Positions 1 to 7,862 of a DNA stretch of 30,952 nucleotides are shown here, piece by piece; positions within the stretch are counted from its first letter, which is position 1; the number at the start of each line of letters is the position of its first letter. Below the pieces are notes generated by a model, which saw only the letters and a program-made list of their open reading frames with translations, had not been told where the DNA came from and searched no databases. Source of the DNA: a virus; the UHGV virus genome UHGV-0110025; one strand, given 5' to 3'. Both the position numbers and the translations under genes were made by a program.

Positions 1-49
1 CATATAAAACAATTAGTTAATGCAATTTTTAATGCAGTGAATTGCAGCG

Positions 50-1099
50 TTACGCAACCTCTGCCGCCACGTTGTCGCCAATACACAGTGACAACGGATT
101 CAAGGTGACAGCTTGTTCAAGATGGTCAGGAGCAAAGTGCGCATACTTCATTGTTTCACGAATATTTGCGTGACCGAGTATCTTCTGGAGTACAAGGATA
201 TTGCCGCCATTCATCATAAAATGCGCGCCAAAGGTGTGACGTAAAACGTGCGTTTTCTGCCCTTCAGTCAATTCAATGTTTGTGAGTTTGAGCATCTTCT
301 TAAAGTCCTGATAGCAGGGCTTGAACATTCTTCCCTGACGTTCGGACAACTCGTCATACAGCCATTTAGGAATCGGAACCGTGCGATTCTTCTTACCTTT
401 GGTTTTGGTGAAAGTCAGCTTGCAGGGGGAAAGTTGGGGACGTGTAAGTCTCTCAGCTTCTCCCCATCGTGCGCCAGTAGCCAGGCACACCTTAACAATC
501 ATAGTAAGATTTTCTTTGCCATATTGTTCACAGGCTCGGAACAGCTCCGGGAGCTGAGACAAAGTTAGCCAGGACATTTCTTTCTCAGCTTCTTTGAATA
601 CACGAATCCCGTCCAGTGGATTGGGTAAACTCCATTCACCTAATCGCCGCAGTTCATTGAACACAGCTTCGAGGTATTGCTGTTCGCGATTGACAGTTAT
701 AGGTTTGGCGATCCATTTCGCCGGGTCTTTGTGATAGCCGTTGTCTATTTCGCCACGTAATCGACGGTCACGGTAATGAGCCCAATCTTTAGCGGTAAGA
801 CGAGATGCAATAGGGTCGCCCAACCCGTTACATACAATTTGAAGCTTAGCTAACCGCGACTTACTGGCGACCAACGCCTGTCCATGTAAATTATGCCAAA
901 GCTGGATAATCTCACTTAAGCGTCGGCGGTCTTCTTTCTTGCCGAGCCACGGCTTATCTTCACTCTCGCTTTTCGTAAATGCTTCGAATGCCTCGGCCTC
1001 ACCTTTGGTATTGAATTGCCGACGTATTCGCCGCCCTTCTCGCCCATTAGGATAAAGCTCACATAACCATTTGCCATTTTTTTGCTTACTTATAGTCAT
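50..1099 (-). CDS. int: Tyrosine site-specific integrase (P2/186-type)
   Basis: ORF 50..1147; start taken at the second Met (ATG 1099, MTISKQKNGKW...). C-terminal catalytic region LRHTFGAHF...GHANIRETMKYAH carries the R/H-x-x-R-H...Y tyrosine-recombinase signature. Lies at the prophage edge downstream of cI as in P2. Confidence 0.9.
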   Translation of the reverse strand: MTISKQKNGKWLCELYPNGREGRRIRRQFNTKGEAEAFEAFTKSESEDKPWLGKKEDRRRLSEIIQLWHNLHGQALVASKSRLAKLQIVCNGLGDPIASRLTAKDWAHYRDRRLRGEIDNGYHKDPAKWIAKPITVNREQQYLEAVFNELRRLGEWSLPNPLDGIRVFKEAEKEMSWLTLSQLPELFRACEQYGKENLTMIVKVCLATGARWGEAERLTRPQLSPCKLTFTKTKGKKNRTVPIPKWLYDELSERQGRMFKPCYQDFKKMLKLTNIELTEGQKTHVLRHTFGAHFMMNGGNILVLQKILGHANIRETMKYAHFAPDHLEQAVTLNPLSLCIGDNVAAEVA

Positions 1100-1121
1100 A
1101 ATGTCACCGAGGCAACTCTTA

Positions 1122-1460
1122 TCATTCGCAAAGTGCTGTCGCAGCATCCATTACGGGATCCAAAGGAATTTTTACTCCTTCATAATCCGGGCTATCTTTC
1201 CAAACAGTATCAATATCGCTCCCCTCAAGCTTTCCAGACTTTACACCATCAATAGCAAACCCATTTAATGGGTATCGGTCATCTGTTGCTTTGTCGTACA
1301 CAAAGGCATATCTACCATTAACACAAGACACCGTAGCTTTTTCAAAAGTTAACGGCCAATCATCACCAAACTTAGCACCGTCTAAATCCTGTGTTTTTTC
1401 AGCGGCTGATGCACCGAAAGAAAGTGAAAGAAATAAAGCTAAAAAAAGCTTACGTTTCAT
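1122..1460 (-). CDS. Small exported protein with cleavable signal peptide (moron between cI and int)
   Basis: Start at ATG 1460 (MKRKLFLALFLSLSFGASA|AEK...), AAGGGA Shine-Dalgarno 4 nt upstream. N-terminal basic-hydrophobic-AxA signal peptide and two Cys in the mature part. Sits 8 nt after the cI stop and 22 nt before the int start, lower GC than neighbours. Confidence 0.6.
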   Translation of the reverse strand: MKRKLFLALFLSLSFGASAAEKTQDLDGAKFGDDWPLTFEKATVSCVNGRYAFVYDKATDDRYPLNGFAIDGVKSGKLEGSDIDTVWKDSPDYEGVKIPLDPVMDAATALCE

Positions 1461-1468
1461 AATGTCCC

Positions 1469-2305
1469 TTATACGTGTTTTTCCAATGTGAAAATTACAG
1501 CACCTACTGGTGTGATATCTGTAATGCTGCATTCAAACTCGGCAGACTTATTTGACAACCTGACTTTTCCGCCGGGAAGACGAATTACATCAAAAACATC
1601 AAGAGCGCCGTCAATATCAATTAACCAACGCCCATTACTTATGTTCGAAGCAGAACGGTTGACAAGCCAAGAGGCTCCAACACCTTCAACAAAAATCAAC
1701 TCCTCTGAGTCAGAGGGTATCATCGAGGGGTCTGGATGCCATTCGCCAGCGTCCTTAAGCTCACCCGCTTCAAGGCGAAATTTTTTAATTGAAAAACTTG
1801 ATGTGACCATTTCTCTGTTAGTTCGCATTTGCCCCTTGCCGGTTGCTAACCATTCCAGCGAAACACCAGTATCAAGGGCACAAGTAACAACTACATCGCC
1901 TGGGAAAAAATCACGCCGAACCCATGTGCTAATTGTTCCAGATGATATACCGAGTAAATCACCCAGCTCCTTTTGCATAGAAAAACCGTAAGCATCAAGG
2001 ATGCGTCTCAGAACAGGTTTACCACCTGAAGCCATGACCTTTTCATAAAGCTCTTTGCCCTTCAGGGTCGCACGTGAAGAGTTTGCTTTTGCAAGCTCCC
2101 CTGTCACTAACCATCCGATATCTGCGCCCGTTTCAATAGCACATTCAACAAATACATTGCCCGGAACGCTATCTCTGGCAAGCCAACTGCTTATGTTGTT
2201 GGCATAAATACCAAGTTTTTCGCCAAGTTCTTTTTGCGAGCTAAGTCCATAAGCCGAAAGGATTCTTTCGATAGCCGGAGCCGCACCATCTCCAAATTTA
2301 GCCAT
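1469..2305 (-). CDS. cI: CI-type immunity repressor (186 CI-like) with tandemly duplicated N-terminal HTH domain
   Basis: Two internal repeats: ...ERILSAYGLSSQKELGEKLGIYANNISSWLARDSVPGNVFVECAIETGADIGWLVTGE and ...RRILDAYGFSMQKELGDLLGISSGTISTWVRRDFFPGDVVVTCALDTGVSLEWLATGK, each matching the phage CI-repressor HTH pattern. Divergent from the early lytic operon, upstream of int. Confidence 0.8.
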   Translation of the reverse strand: MAKFGDGAAPAIERILSAYGLSSQKELGEKLGIYANNISSWLARDSVPGNVFVECAIETGADIGWLVTGELAKANSSRATLKGKELYEKVMASGGKPVLRRILDAYGFSMQKELGDLLGISSGTISTWVRRDFFPGDVVVTCALDTGVSLEWLATGKGQMRTNREMVTSSFSIKKFRLEAGELKDAGEWHPDPSMIPSDSEELIFVEGVGASWLVNRSASNISNGRWLIDIDGALDVFDVIRLPGGKVRLSNKSAEFECSITDITPVGAVIFTLEKHV

Positions 2306-2425
2306 GTATCGCCACCAAAATTAATTTTCGCCATTGCAAAATTAAATTTCGCGAACTAAAGTGATGATTATCAACCACGATGCACATCAATGCAGTTCAC
2401 TACAAACAACAGGAGATAATGCGAT
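2306..2425. promoter_or_regulatory. Lysis/lysogeny switch region: divergent cI / early-lytic promoters and operators
   Basis: 120-bp intergenic region between divergent cI and the apl/cox-like gene. Candidate rightward promoter: -35 TTGCAA (2334-2339), 17-nt spacer, -10 TAAAGT (2357-2362). AGGAG Shine-Dalgarno at 2412-2416 precedes ATG 2426. Confidence 0.5.
2317..2352. repeat. Two direct-repeat candidate operator sites AAAATTAA(T/A)TTTCGC spaced 21 bp
   Basis: AAAATTAATTTTCGC at 2317-2331 and AAAATTAAATTTCGC at 2338-2352. The first contains a perfect 12-bp palindrome AAAATTAATTTT. The second overlaps the spacer of the candidate rightward promoter. Confidence 0.5.
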
Positions 2426-2797
2426 ATGTCAGATGCAAAATCAATCTCGACGCATGATTCGCAAAACTCACAAAATCAAACTGTGCTGTTAGATCCGGCT
2501 CAGTTTGATGCCATCGTTACCGCTATGCTGCCAGCTCTGCAGACAATGATCCGCTCCGCTATGTCAGACACAATGACAGTGAAAGACTTTGCCGCCACTC
2601 GCGGTGTAAGCGAGCGTCTGGTCTGGCAATGGCTTGATGAGGGAATCCTCCTCAAAGCTCCAACTAAAGACTTTTCCAACAAGGAAGAGGCTGGAAAACG
2701 AAGCCGCACCCTCGTAAACGTGAAAGCATGGCGCGACAAACTAACCCAGCAAGCGATTGATTGTCGCTACATCGACCACCGCATCGCTCTTAACTGA
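2426..2797 (+). CDS. Apl/Cox-like early regulator / excisionase candidate (HTH protein)
   Basis: First gene of the rightward early operon, divergent from cI, the position of 186 apl / P2 cox. Central HTH-like segment MTVKDFAATRGVSERLVWQWLDEG. Good SD. At 123 aa it is longer than Apl/Cox, so the N-terminus or identity is uncertain. Confidence 0.55.
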   Translation: MSDAKSISTHDSQNSQNQTVLLDPAQFDAIVTAMLPALQTMIRSAMSDTMTVKDFAATRGVSERLVWQWLDEGILLKAPTKDFSNKEEAGKRSRTLVNVKAWRDKLTQQAIDCRYIDHRIALN

Positions 2798-2829
2798 ATT
2801 TGATTATGCAAGTTAGAGGGAATTTAACC

Positions 2830-3339
2830 ATGTTTGATTTTCAGATTTCTAAACATCCTCACTATGACGAAGCGTGCCGGGCTTTTGCGCAGCGTCACAA
2901 CATGGCGAAGCTGGCCGAGCGTGCGGGTATGAACGTTCAAACGTTACGTAACAAGCTCAACCCAGAACAGCCTCACCAATTCACACCGCCTGAATTGTGG
3001 CTGCTGACTGACCTGACCGAAGACTCAACCCTCGTTGATGGCTTTCTGGCGCAAATACATTGTCTGCCATGCGTGCCGGTTAATGAGCTGGCTAAAGAGA
3101 AATTGCAGTCTTATGTGATGCGCGCAATGAGTGAACTCGGCGAACTGGCGAGCGGTGCGGTATCAAATGAACGTATGACCTCTGACCGCAAACACAGCAT
3201 GGTTGAGAGTGTTAATGCAGGCATCCGCATGTTGTCTCTGTCGGCGCTGGCGTTACAGGCGCGTCTACAGGCTAACCCGGCAATGTCGAGCGTGGTTGAT
3301 ACCATGACCGGCATCGGCGCAACATTTGGTTTGGTATGA
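2830..3339 (+). CDS. cII: CII-like lysogeny establishment regulator (186 CII family)
   Basis: MFDFQISKHPHYDEACRAFAQRHNMAKLAERAGMNVQTLRNKLNPEQPHQFTPPELWLLTDL... matches my recollection of the 186 CII family. Start placed at the internal Met (ATG 2830); the six-frame ORF begins at 2800. Confidence 0.8.
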   Translation: MFDFQISKHPHYDEACRAFAQRHNMAKLAERAGMNVQTLRNKLNPEQPHQFTPPELWLLTDLTEDSTLVDGFLAQIHCLPCVPVNELAKEKLQSYVMRAMSELGELASGAVSNERMTSDRKHSMVESVNAGIRMLSLSALALQARLQANPAMSSVVDTMTGIGATFGLV

Positions 3340-3346
3340 GGTGTTT

Positions 3347-3547
3347 ATGCTGAAAAATGAACCCTCATTCGCATCTCTGCTCGTTAAACAAAATCCAGGT
3401 ATGCATTACGGTCACGGCTGGATCGCGGGTAAAGATGGTAAGCGCTGGCACCCGTGCCGCTCTCAGTCTGATTTACTGGCTGGCCTCTCTACTCAAAAGC
3501 TGGGGGAATCATGGCTATCGAAGCTGTTTCCGCGACTATTCCGCTAA
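3347..3547 (+). CDS. fil: Fil-like small protein (phage 186 Fil family, cell-division inhibitor)
   Basis: MLKNEPSFASLLVKQNPGMHYGHGWIAGKDGKRWHPC... follows cII as in 186. Start ATG 3347 preceded by GAGGTG. Confidence 0.6.
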   Translation: MLKNEPSFASLLVKQNPGMHYGHGWIAGKDGKRWHPCRSQSDLLAGLSTQKLGESWLSKLFPRLFR

Positions 3548-3849
3548 AAGCGGGTGAACGTCTGGCCGGTCTCAATCATGTAGCTGAATTGCGCGCGAGA
3601 TATTGGGGCGATAGTTGGAAAGAGGTTGAGCGCTTTGTCGATGATATGCGCGATAAACGTGACTCTCAATTTGAAGAAAATAATCGGGCGCTGGCCGCTA
3701 TTTTCTTTCTGGCAAAAATACCGGCGGCTCGTCATGAGCTCGAATTAAGTGAGCTGACTACTGACGAGAAAAAAGCGCTTATTACAGCGATGAATCATTT
3801 TCGTGCAGTAGTGAGCTTATTTCCCAAACGGCTAACCATGCCGAATTAA
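3511..3849 (+). CDS. Hypothetical early-operon protein
   Basis: 112-aa ORF in the early operon between fil and the DUF2732-like gene. No motif I recognise. Overlaps the fil 3' end, so the start is uncertain. Confidence 0.45.
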   Translation: MAIEAVSATIPLKAGERLAGLNHVAELRARYWGDSWKEVERFVDDMRDKRDSQFEENNRALAAIFFLAKIPAARHELELSELTTDEKKALITAMNHFRAVVSLFPKRLTMPN

Positions 3850-3915
3850 CCAAAACAGAAATTAATGGCGTAAACCCGCCGGGCATTTTATTGCCCAAAA
3901 TCAGGAGAGTTAGTT

Positions 3916-4143
3916 ATGCGTAATACCGAACCCCGTAGTTTTAATACTGATAGTGACACGCTGGCCGTGCTGCTGACAGATGCAAAAAAAGAAGAACGCA
4001 AAGACCGCGCACTCGCCGTTTCAATCCGTCTTGAGGCGCTGGCTATCCATATCACTAAAGAGGGCATGAACGGCACCGAAGCCGCTGAACTGCTGCGCCG
4101 TGAGGCCACCCGCTACGAAAACGAATCACAGGAGCTGCACTAA
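3916..4143 (+). CDS. Small acidic early protein (DUF2732-like, P2-family)
   Basis: 75-aa ORF with strong SD (AGGAGAG) upstream. Composition and position resemble the small conserved ORFs preceding gene A in P2-like phages. Family assignment is from memory only. Confidence 0.5.
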   Translation: MRNTEPRSFNTDSDTLAVLLTDAKKEERKDRALAVSIRLEALAIHITKEGMNGTEAAELLRREATRYENESQELH

Positions 4144-4364
4144 TGGCCGACGCAATGGATTTAGCACAACTGCGCGAGCAGGAAGACCGCGAGCGCCACA
4201 TCAGCAACGCGCGCAGCCGTATAGCAGCGTCCTCTCCTTTCCTCTGCGAAGAATGTGACTCACCAATCCCGGAAGCTCGCCGTGCTGCAATTCAGGGGGT
4301 GGCATTTTGCGTGACTTGTCAGCAAATCGCAGAGCTAAAAAACAAACACTATCGGGGGGTATAA
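4143..4364 (+). CDS. TraR/DksA-family C4 zinc-finger protein
   Basis: Four Cys in a C-x2-C ... C-x2-C arrangement (CEECDSP...CVTCQQ) in a 73-aa protein. ATGA start/stop overlap with the upstream ORF. Confidence 0.7.
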   Translation: MADAMDLAQLREQEDRERHISNARSRIAASSPFLCEECDSPIPEARRAAIQGVAFCVTCQQIAELKNKHYRGV

Positions 4365-4365
4365 A

Positions 4366-6588
4366 TTGGCTGTTCAATTCGCTTATCCGTGGAATGCTCC
4401 ACGATCGGCTATAGCCAGCCCATACCTTACTTATAAGCAACAGCATCGCCGCGACCGTATGTTCGCGGCGATGCTGCATGCTAAAAAGGTGCTTTCTCTC
4501 CAGCCCGACTGCGTGCGGTTAGATGTTTATCGCACTGCGGCAGTGCTGGAGCAAAATCAGGGCATTCAACGAGCCAATGCCTTTTTGATCAGCTTCTGCA
4601 AAAAGGCATTGCCGCGTCTTGAATTGGTCGCAAAAAAATACGAATGCGCGGGTATCAACAGCAAGGTATCAACCTCTGTTTTTGGAAGTCATTTTGATAC
4701 CCAGCTTATGCAATATCTGGCGTCACGCATGGTTAATATGGTCGCCCGATATAACCGCCTCCCGGATATGTCGCGCGCTGATGTTGACCTGTTGGCCGCC
4801 GATATTGCTAATTTCATTCGTGGTGAACTTGCCAACATTAATGACCACGGATTCGGCGAGCTTAAAACGCTGTACACCTGGTATAATCGTGCTGGCTTTA
4901 TTTCCCTCCAGTTCAACGTTATCCCCCCCCATTGGGATCGGGTTGCAAAAAAATATGTTGGCGCGGATGAAATCGCACCGGCTATCGCCAAGATGTTTAA
5001 CGATGGGTGGTGGCGTGGTCGTTTGCGCCGGGTTGCAGCTACGTGGCGCGAACACCTGCAAATTGCAGTCGGCAACGTCAGCAAGAAAAAAAACACCTAT
5101 GCGAGTAAAAACTGCGTGACTGACTGGCGTGAACAAAAGCGCCGAACTCGTGAATTTCTCAAAGGTCTGGATCTCGAAGACGAAGACGGCAACCGTATCA
5201 GCCTGATTGAAAAATATGATGGCTCAGTTGCTAACCCTGCGATTCGCCGCTGTGAGCTCATGACTCGCATTCGTGGGTTTGAAAACATCTGTAATGAGCT
5301 CGGTTATGTCGGTGAGTTTTACACTCTGACCGCGCCGTCGAAATATCACGCCACGACTAAAGCCGGTTACCGTAACAGCAAATGGAGCGGTGCCTGCCCG
5401 GCTGACACGCAAAACTATCTAACTGATATCTGGGCGCGTATCCGTGCCAAACTGCATCGGGAAGATGTCCGTATTTTCGGTATTCGTGTCGCCGAGCCCC
5501 ATCACGACGGTACTCCACACTGGCACATGCTGATGTTCATGCTGCCGGAAGATGTTGAATATGTTCGCTCCATCGTCCGTAAATACGCGTGGAAAGAAGA
5601 CCGCCGCGAACTGAAAAGCGATAAGGCAAAAAAAGCACGTTTCCACGCCGAGTCCATTGACCCGGAGAAAGGCAGCGCAACCGGCTATGTTGCTAAATAC
5701 ATATCAAAAAATATCGACGGTTATGCTCTCGATGGTGAAACCGATAATGAAAGCGGTGAACTGCTGAAAGAGACAGCCCCCGCCGTTTCAGCATGGGCTT
5801 CGCGCTGGCACATCCGTCAGTTTCAGTTTATCGGTGGTGCGCCGGTGACGGTTTACCGTGAGTTGCGTCGCCTCGCTGATACCGAAACCGCGCACGGACT
5901 GAGCGTTGAGTTTGCCGCCGTCCATGATGCCGCCGACGCTGGTGACTGGGCTGGTTATGTTAATGCGCAGGGTGGACCGTTTGTCCGTCGCGATGATTTA
6001 CAGGTGCGCACACTGTATGAACCACGTACCGAGCTTAATCAGTACGGTGAGGAAACGGTATGTATTAAGGGGGTCTACGATTCCTCCATAGGTGCAGGTA
6101 GCCCGATTTTAACCCGGCTCACTCAGTGGAAGATTGTTCCGAAGCATGCTGTTGATTTGGCCGTTGACCTTCAGGACGGCAAAGCCGTCCCTCGGAGTTC
6201 TGTCAATAACTGTACGGGAAGTGAAAGCGATCCACCGATACTGGATTTAACAAAACCACAGAGTCGGCGCGAAAGACGAGAGCTGACCAACCGACTCAGG
6301 AAGCAAAAACCAGCAATACGGCGAAAATTCGTCCACGGAATGGATGAGCAAAACGCAGCTATAGCGAAAACTATCGACGAGATACATCTGACAACCAGCA
6401 TCACAATCAGCCGGGGCGAAGCCCTGCACCTGATGGCAGGTGGGAAAAGCTGTTTTGATGGCAAATGGCTAAGGGGAACATCCAAAGGGGAGATATTTTC
6501 CACTGTCCCATCGAACCAAGCTAAAGCTAGTAAAATCCTCAATCGTGTTGCAGCGTTGGTAGAAGCATCAAAGTTAATAGATGATTAA
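4366..6588 (+). CDS. A: Replication initiation endonuclease (P2 gpA family, rolling-circle HUH nickase)
   Basis: 740-aa ORF with a histidine-rich metal-binding region EPHHDGTPHWHMLMF and a downstream tyrosine motif GYVAKYISKN, typical of gpA initiators. Apparent TTG start at 4366 after a G-rich SD; an in-frame ATG lies at 4459. Confidence 0.9.
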   Translation: MAVQFAYPWNAPRSAIASPYLTYKQQHRRDRMFAAMLHAKKVLSLQPDCVRLDVYRTAAVLEQNQGIQRANAFLISFCKKALPRLELVAKKYECAGINSKVSTSVFGSHFDTQLMQYLASRMVNMVARYNRLPDMSRADVDLLAADIANFIRGELANINDHGFGELKTLYTWYNRAGFISLQFNVIPPHWDRVAKKYVGADEIAPAIAKMFNDGWWRGRLRRVAATWREHLQIAVGNVSKKKNTYASKNCVTDWREQKRRTREFLKGLDLEDEDGNRISLIEKYDGSVANPAIRRCELMTRIRGFENICNELGYVGEFYTLTAPSKYHATTKAGYRNSKWSGACPADTQNYLTDIWARIRAKLHREDVRIFGIRVAEPHHDGTPHWHMLMFMLPEDVEYVRSIVRKYAWKEDRRELKSDKAKKARFHAESIDPEKGSATGYVAKYISKNIDGYALDGETDNESGELLKETAPAVSAWASRWHIRQFQFIGGAPVTVYRELRRLADTETAHGLSVEFAAVHDAADAGDWAGYVNAQGGPFVRRDDLQVRTLYEPRTELNQYGEETVCIKGVYDSSIGAGSPILTRLTQWKIVPKHAVDLAVDLQDGKAVPRSSVNNCTGSESDPPILDLTKPQSRRERRELTNRLRKQKPAIRRKFVHGMDEQNAAIAKTIDEIHLTTSITISRGEALHLMAGGKSCFDGKWLRGTSKGEIFSTVPSNQAKASKILNRVAALVEASKLIDD

Positions 6589-6662
6589 TTTACATCCATA
6601 TCATGCACATACAATACCTGCATGATTCACTTTTTCTCTTCCCATCATTTGCTAATACGTGA

Positions 6663-6682
6663 TACTGTACAAATATACAGTT
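6663..6682. promoter_or_regulatory. LexA (SOS) box TACTGTACAAATATACAGTT
   Basis: CTGT-N8-ACAG with an AT-rich spacer, close to the E. coli LexA consensus TACTGTATATATATACAGTA. Lies about 20 bp upstream of the ATG at 6703, with a candidate -35 TTGCTA at 6649-6654. Confidence 0.7.
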
Positions 6683-6702
6683 ATCATATTGGGAGGGATT
6701 TC

Positions 6703-6888
6703 ATGGTTGGGGAACATTTCAGCCGAACGCAGCAAAAGTGGGCTTGTGTGCAATTCATTGCCGAGATATCTCTGGTTGCAAACTGCAAGCCAGCAGACTT
6801 AAAGCTTGCGCTTACTCTCATTGCTGATCTGGCAAACAGCGAAAACAACGAAGAACCAGAAAATGAAGTCTTTTATAAGGCTGAATAG
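6703..6888 (+). CDS. Small SOS-controlled protein, candidate Tum-like antirepressor
   Basis: 61-aa ORF with SD GGGAGGGA (6691-6698), immediately downstream of the LexA box. It is downstream of gene A, where 186 carries the LexA-regulated tum gene. The protein has an acidic C-terminus; sequence identity to Tum is not verified. Confidence 0.45.
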   Translation: MVGEHFSRTQQKWACVQFIAEISLVANCKPADLKLALTLIADLANSENNEEPENEVFYKAE

Positions 6889-6891
6889 GTT

Positions 6892-7026
6892 ATGAAAATT
6901 AATCTCACATTGGATAAGAAACAAAAACTAGGCCGACCGGTTATTGATGCCTTTCAATGCGAATTGACCAAGAGGACACTGTCTATTTTTCCGTCAACAT
7001 GTGGTGCCGTCAAGAGAGCACTATGA
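6892..7026 (+). CDS. Small basic hypothetical ORF (44 aa)
   Basis: MKINLTLDKKQKLGRPVIDAFQCELTKRTLSIFPSTCGAVKRAL. Starts 3 nt after the stop of the Tum-like ORF, in the same frame. Below the 60-aa cutoff of the supplied track; translated by hand. Confidence 0.3.
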   Translation: MKINLTLDKKQKLGRPVIDAFQCELTKRTLSIFPSTCGAVKRAL

Positions 7027-7148
7027 GTGGTGCTGAGTTGATGGAGTTTGATATAGATTCAGATCGCGAGGCGCTTGATGGTATTCTCCAAGAAATCTGG
7101 GAAGACGAGCAGTTGGCGGTAGTTAATGACAGAATGTGCAGACCATAA
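7023..7148 (+). CDS. Small acidic hypothetical ORF (41 aa)
   Basis: MSGAELMEFDIDSDREALDGILQEIWEDEQLAVVNDRMCRP. Its ATG overlaps the TGA of the preceding 44-aa ORF (ATGA), suggesting translational coupling. Confidence 0.35.
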   Translation: MSGAELMEFDIDSDREALDGILQEIWEDEQLAVVNDRMCRP

Positions 7149-7193
7149 CCCTATGTCTAGTTGCACGGAGGTTAGAAAAAATGCTGTCCGAAT

Positions 7194-7214
7194 TAGCCCT
7201 CTCTCAGAGGGCTA
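7194..7214 (+). terminator. Perfect 9-bp-stem hairpin TAGCCCTCT-CTC-AGAGGGCTA
   Basis: Inverted repeat read from the sequence, downstream of the small-ORF cluster and upstream of the 7347 operon. A T-run (tgctgttttt) follows only after about 15 nt, so intrinsic-terminator function is uncertain. Confidence 0.35.
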
Positions 7215-7271
7215 TGAATTAAAAATGCTGTTTTTGATATGTTAACCTCTTAACAGTTTCATCTTTAAATC

Positions 7272-7299
7272 TTGTAAAGTAAAACTTTGCGTTTATGAT
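7272..7299 (+). promoter_or_regulatory. Candidate sigma70 promoter for the 7347-8947 operon
   Basis: -35 TTGTAA (7272-7277), 16-nt spacer, -10 TATGAT (7294-7299), in an AT-rich intergenic region. AAGGAG Shine-Dalgarno at 7333-7338 precedes ATG 7347. Confidence 0.35.
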
Positions 7300-7346
7300 T
7301 GATAAAAATTAAAAAAGTATGAAGAGGCTGTAAAGGAGTTTTATCA

Positions 7347-7862
7347 ATGCCTGGATTCCAAAATGCACAGCAAAATCAATTTGATGATCATGCTCCAGAA
7401 ATGGAGATAAACTTAATCGTAGATGTTGCTGAGCAGCCCGTAGCCTTTACCTATCAATATAGTGAGCAAATTAGCCACCTTGCACCGCAATGTCCGCCAG
7501 CAGAAGCGATTGAATGTGACAAAGAATGCTGGCGCTTCACTCTCAATCCGATAACGGACAGTTGCTTTTGGCCTCCAAAAAGAAGGGTTCCTGAGAGGGT
7601 TGCCTCAGACAGTCAGCAGGAGTGCTCTATGTGGGCGTTGTCTATGTATGAATCAGAGCGACAAGCTGTAGTCGCTTATTCTGGGCTTTCTAAGTCAGTG
7701 AGAAATATTAAGAAAACAATTGGAGATCACCTTGCAAGAGGCACGGTAGCTTGTGGTGATGGTAGATGTATGCCTCCAAATAGAAAAGGCCATTTTGACT
7801 TTCATCCATATTTAGATACTGAGTTCCCTGATGGCTTTCAGGTAATAAGAGCATTACCATGA
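7347..7862 (+). CDS. Hypothetical Cys-rich protein, gene 1 of an accessory two-gene operon
   Basis: 171-aa ORF with strong SD, AT-rich codon usage unlike the phage backbone, several Cys pairs (CPPAEAIECDKEC ... CGDGRC). No motif I recognise. Stop overlaps the next start (ATGA at 7859-7862). Confidence 0.6.
   Translation: MPGFQNAQQNQFDDHAPEMEINLIVDVAEQPVAFTYQYSEQISHLAPQCPPAEAIECDKECWRFTLNPITDSCFWPPKRRVPERVASDSQQECSMWALSMYESERQAVVAYSGLSKSVRNIKKTIGDHLARGTVACGDGRCMPPNRKGHFDFHPYLDTEFPDGFQVIRALP

Noticed and set aside
1-49. attL core or tRNA 3' end at the prophage edge next to int
   Set aside because: Only 49 bp are available and they are AT-rich with no recognisable tRNA acceptor or T-arm. The attachment site cannot be defined without the flanking host sequence and attR.
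1469-1800. Possible LexA/S24-type self-cleavage domain in the C-terminal part of CI
   Set aside because: I could not find an Ala-Gly/Cys-Gly cleavage site with a Ser...Lys catalytic dyad pattern. The architecture instead matches 186-type CI, consistent with the separate LexA-controlled Tum-like module.
4619-5136. ORFs of 135-166 aa on both strands within gene A
   Set aside because: Embedded in the replication initiator coding sequence, with low-complexity translations and no start signals.
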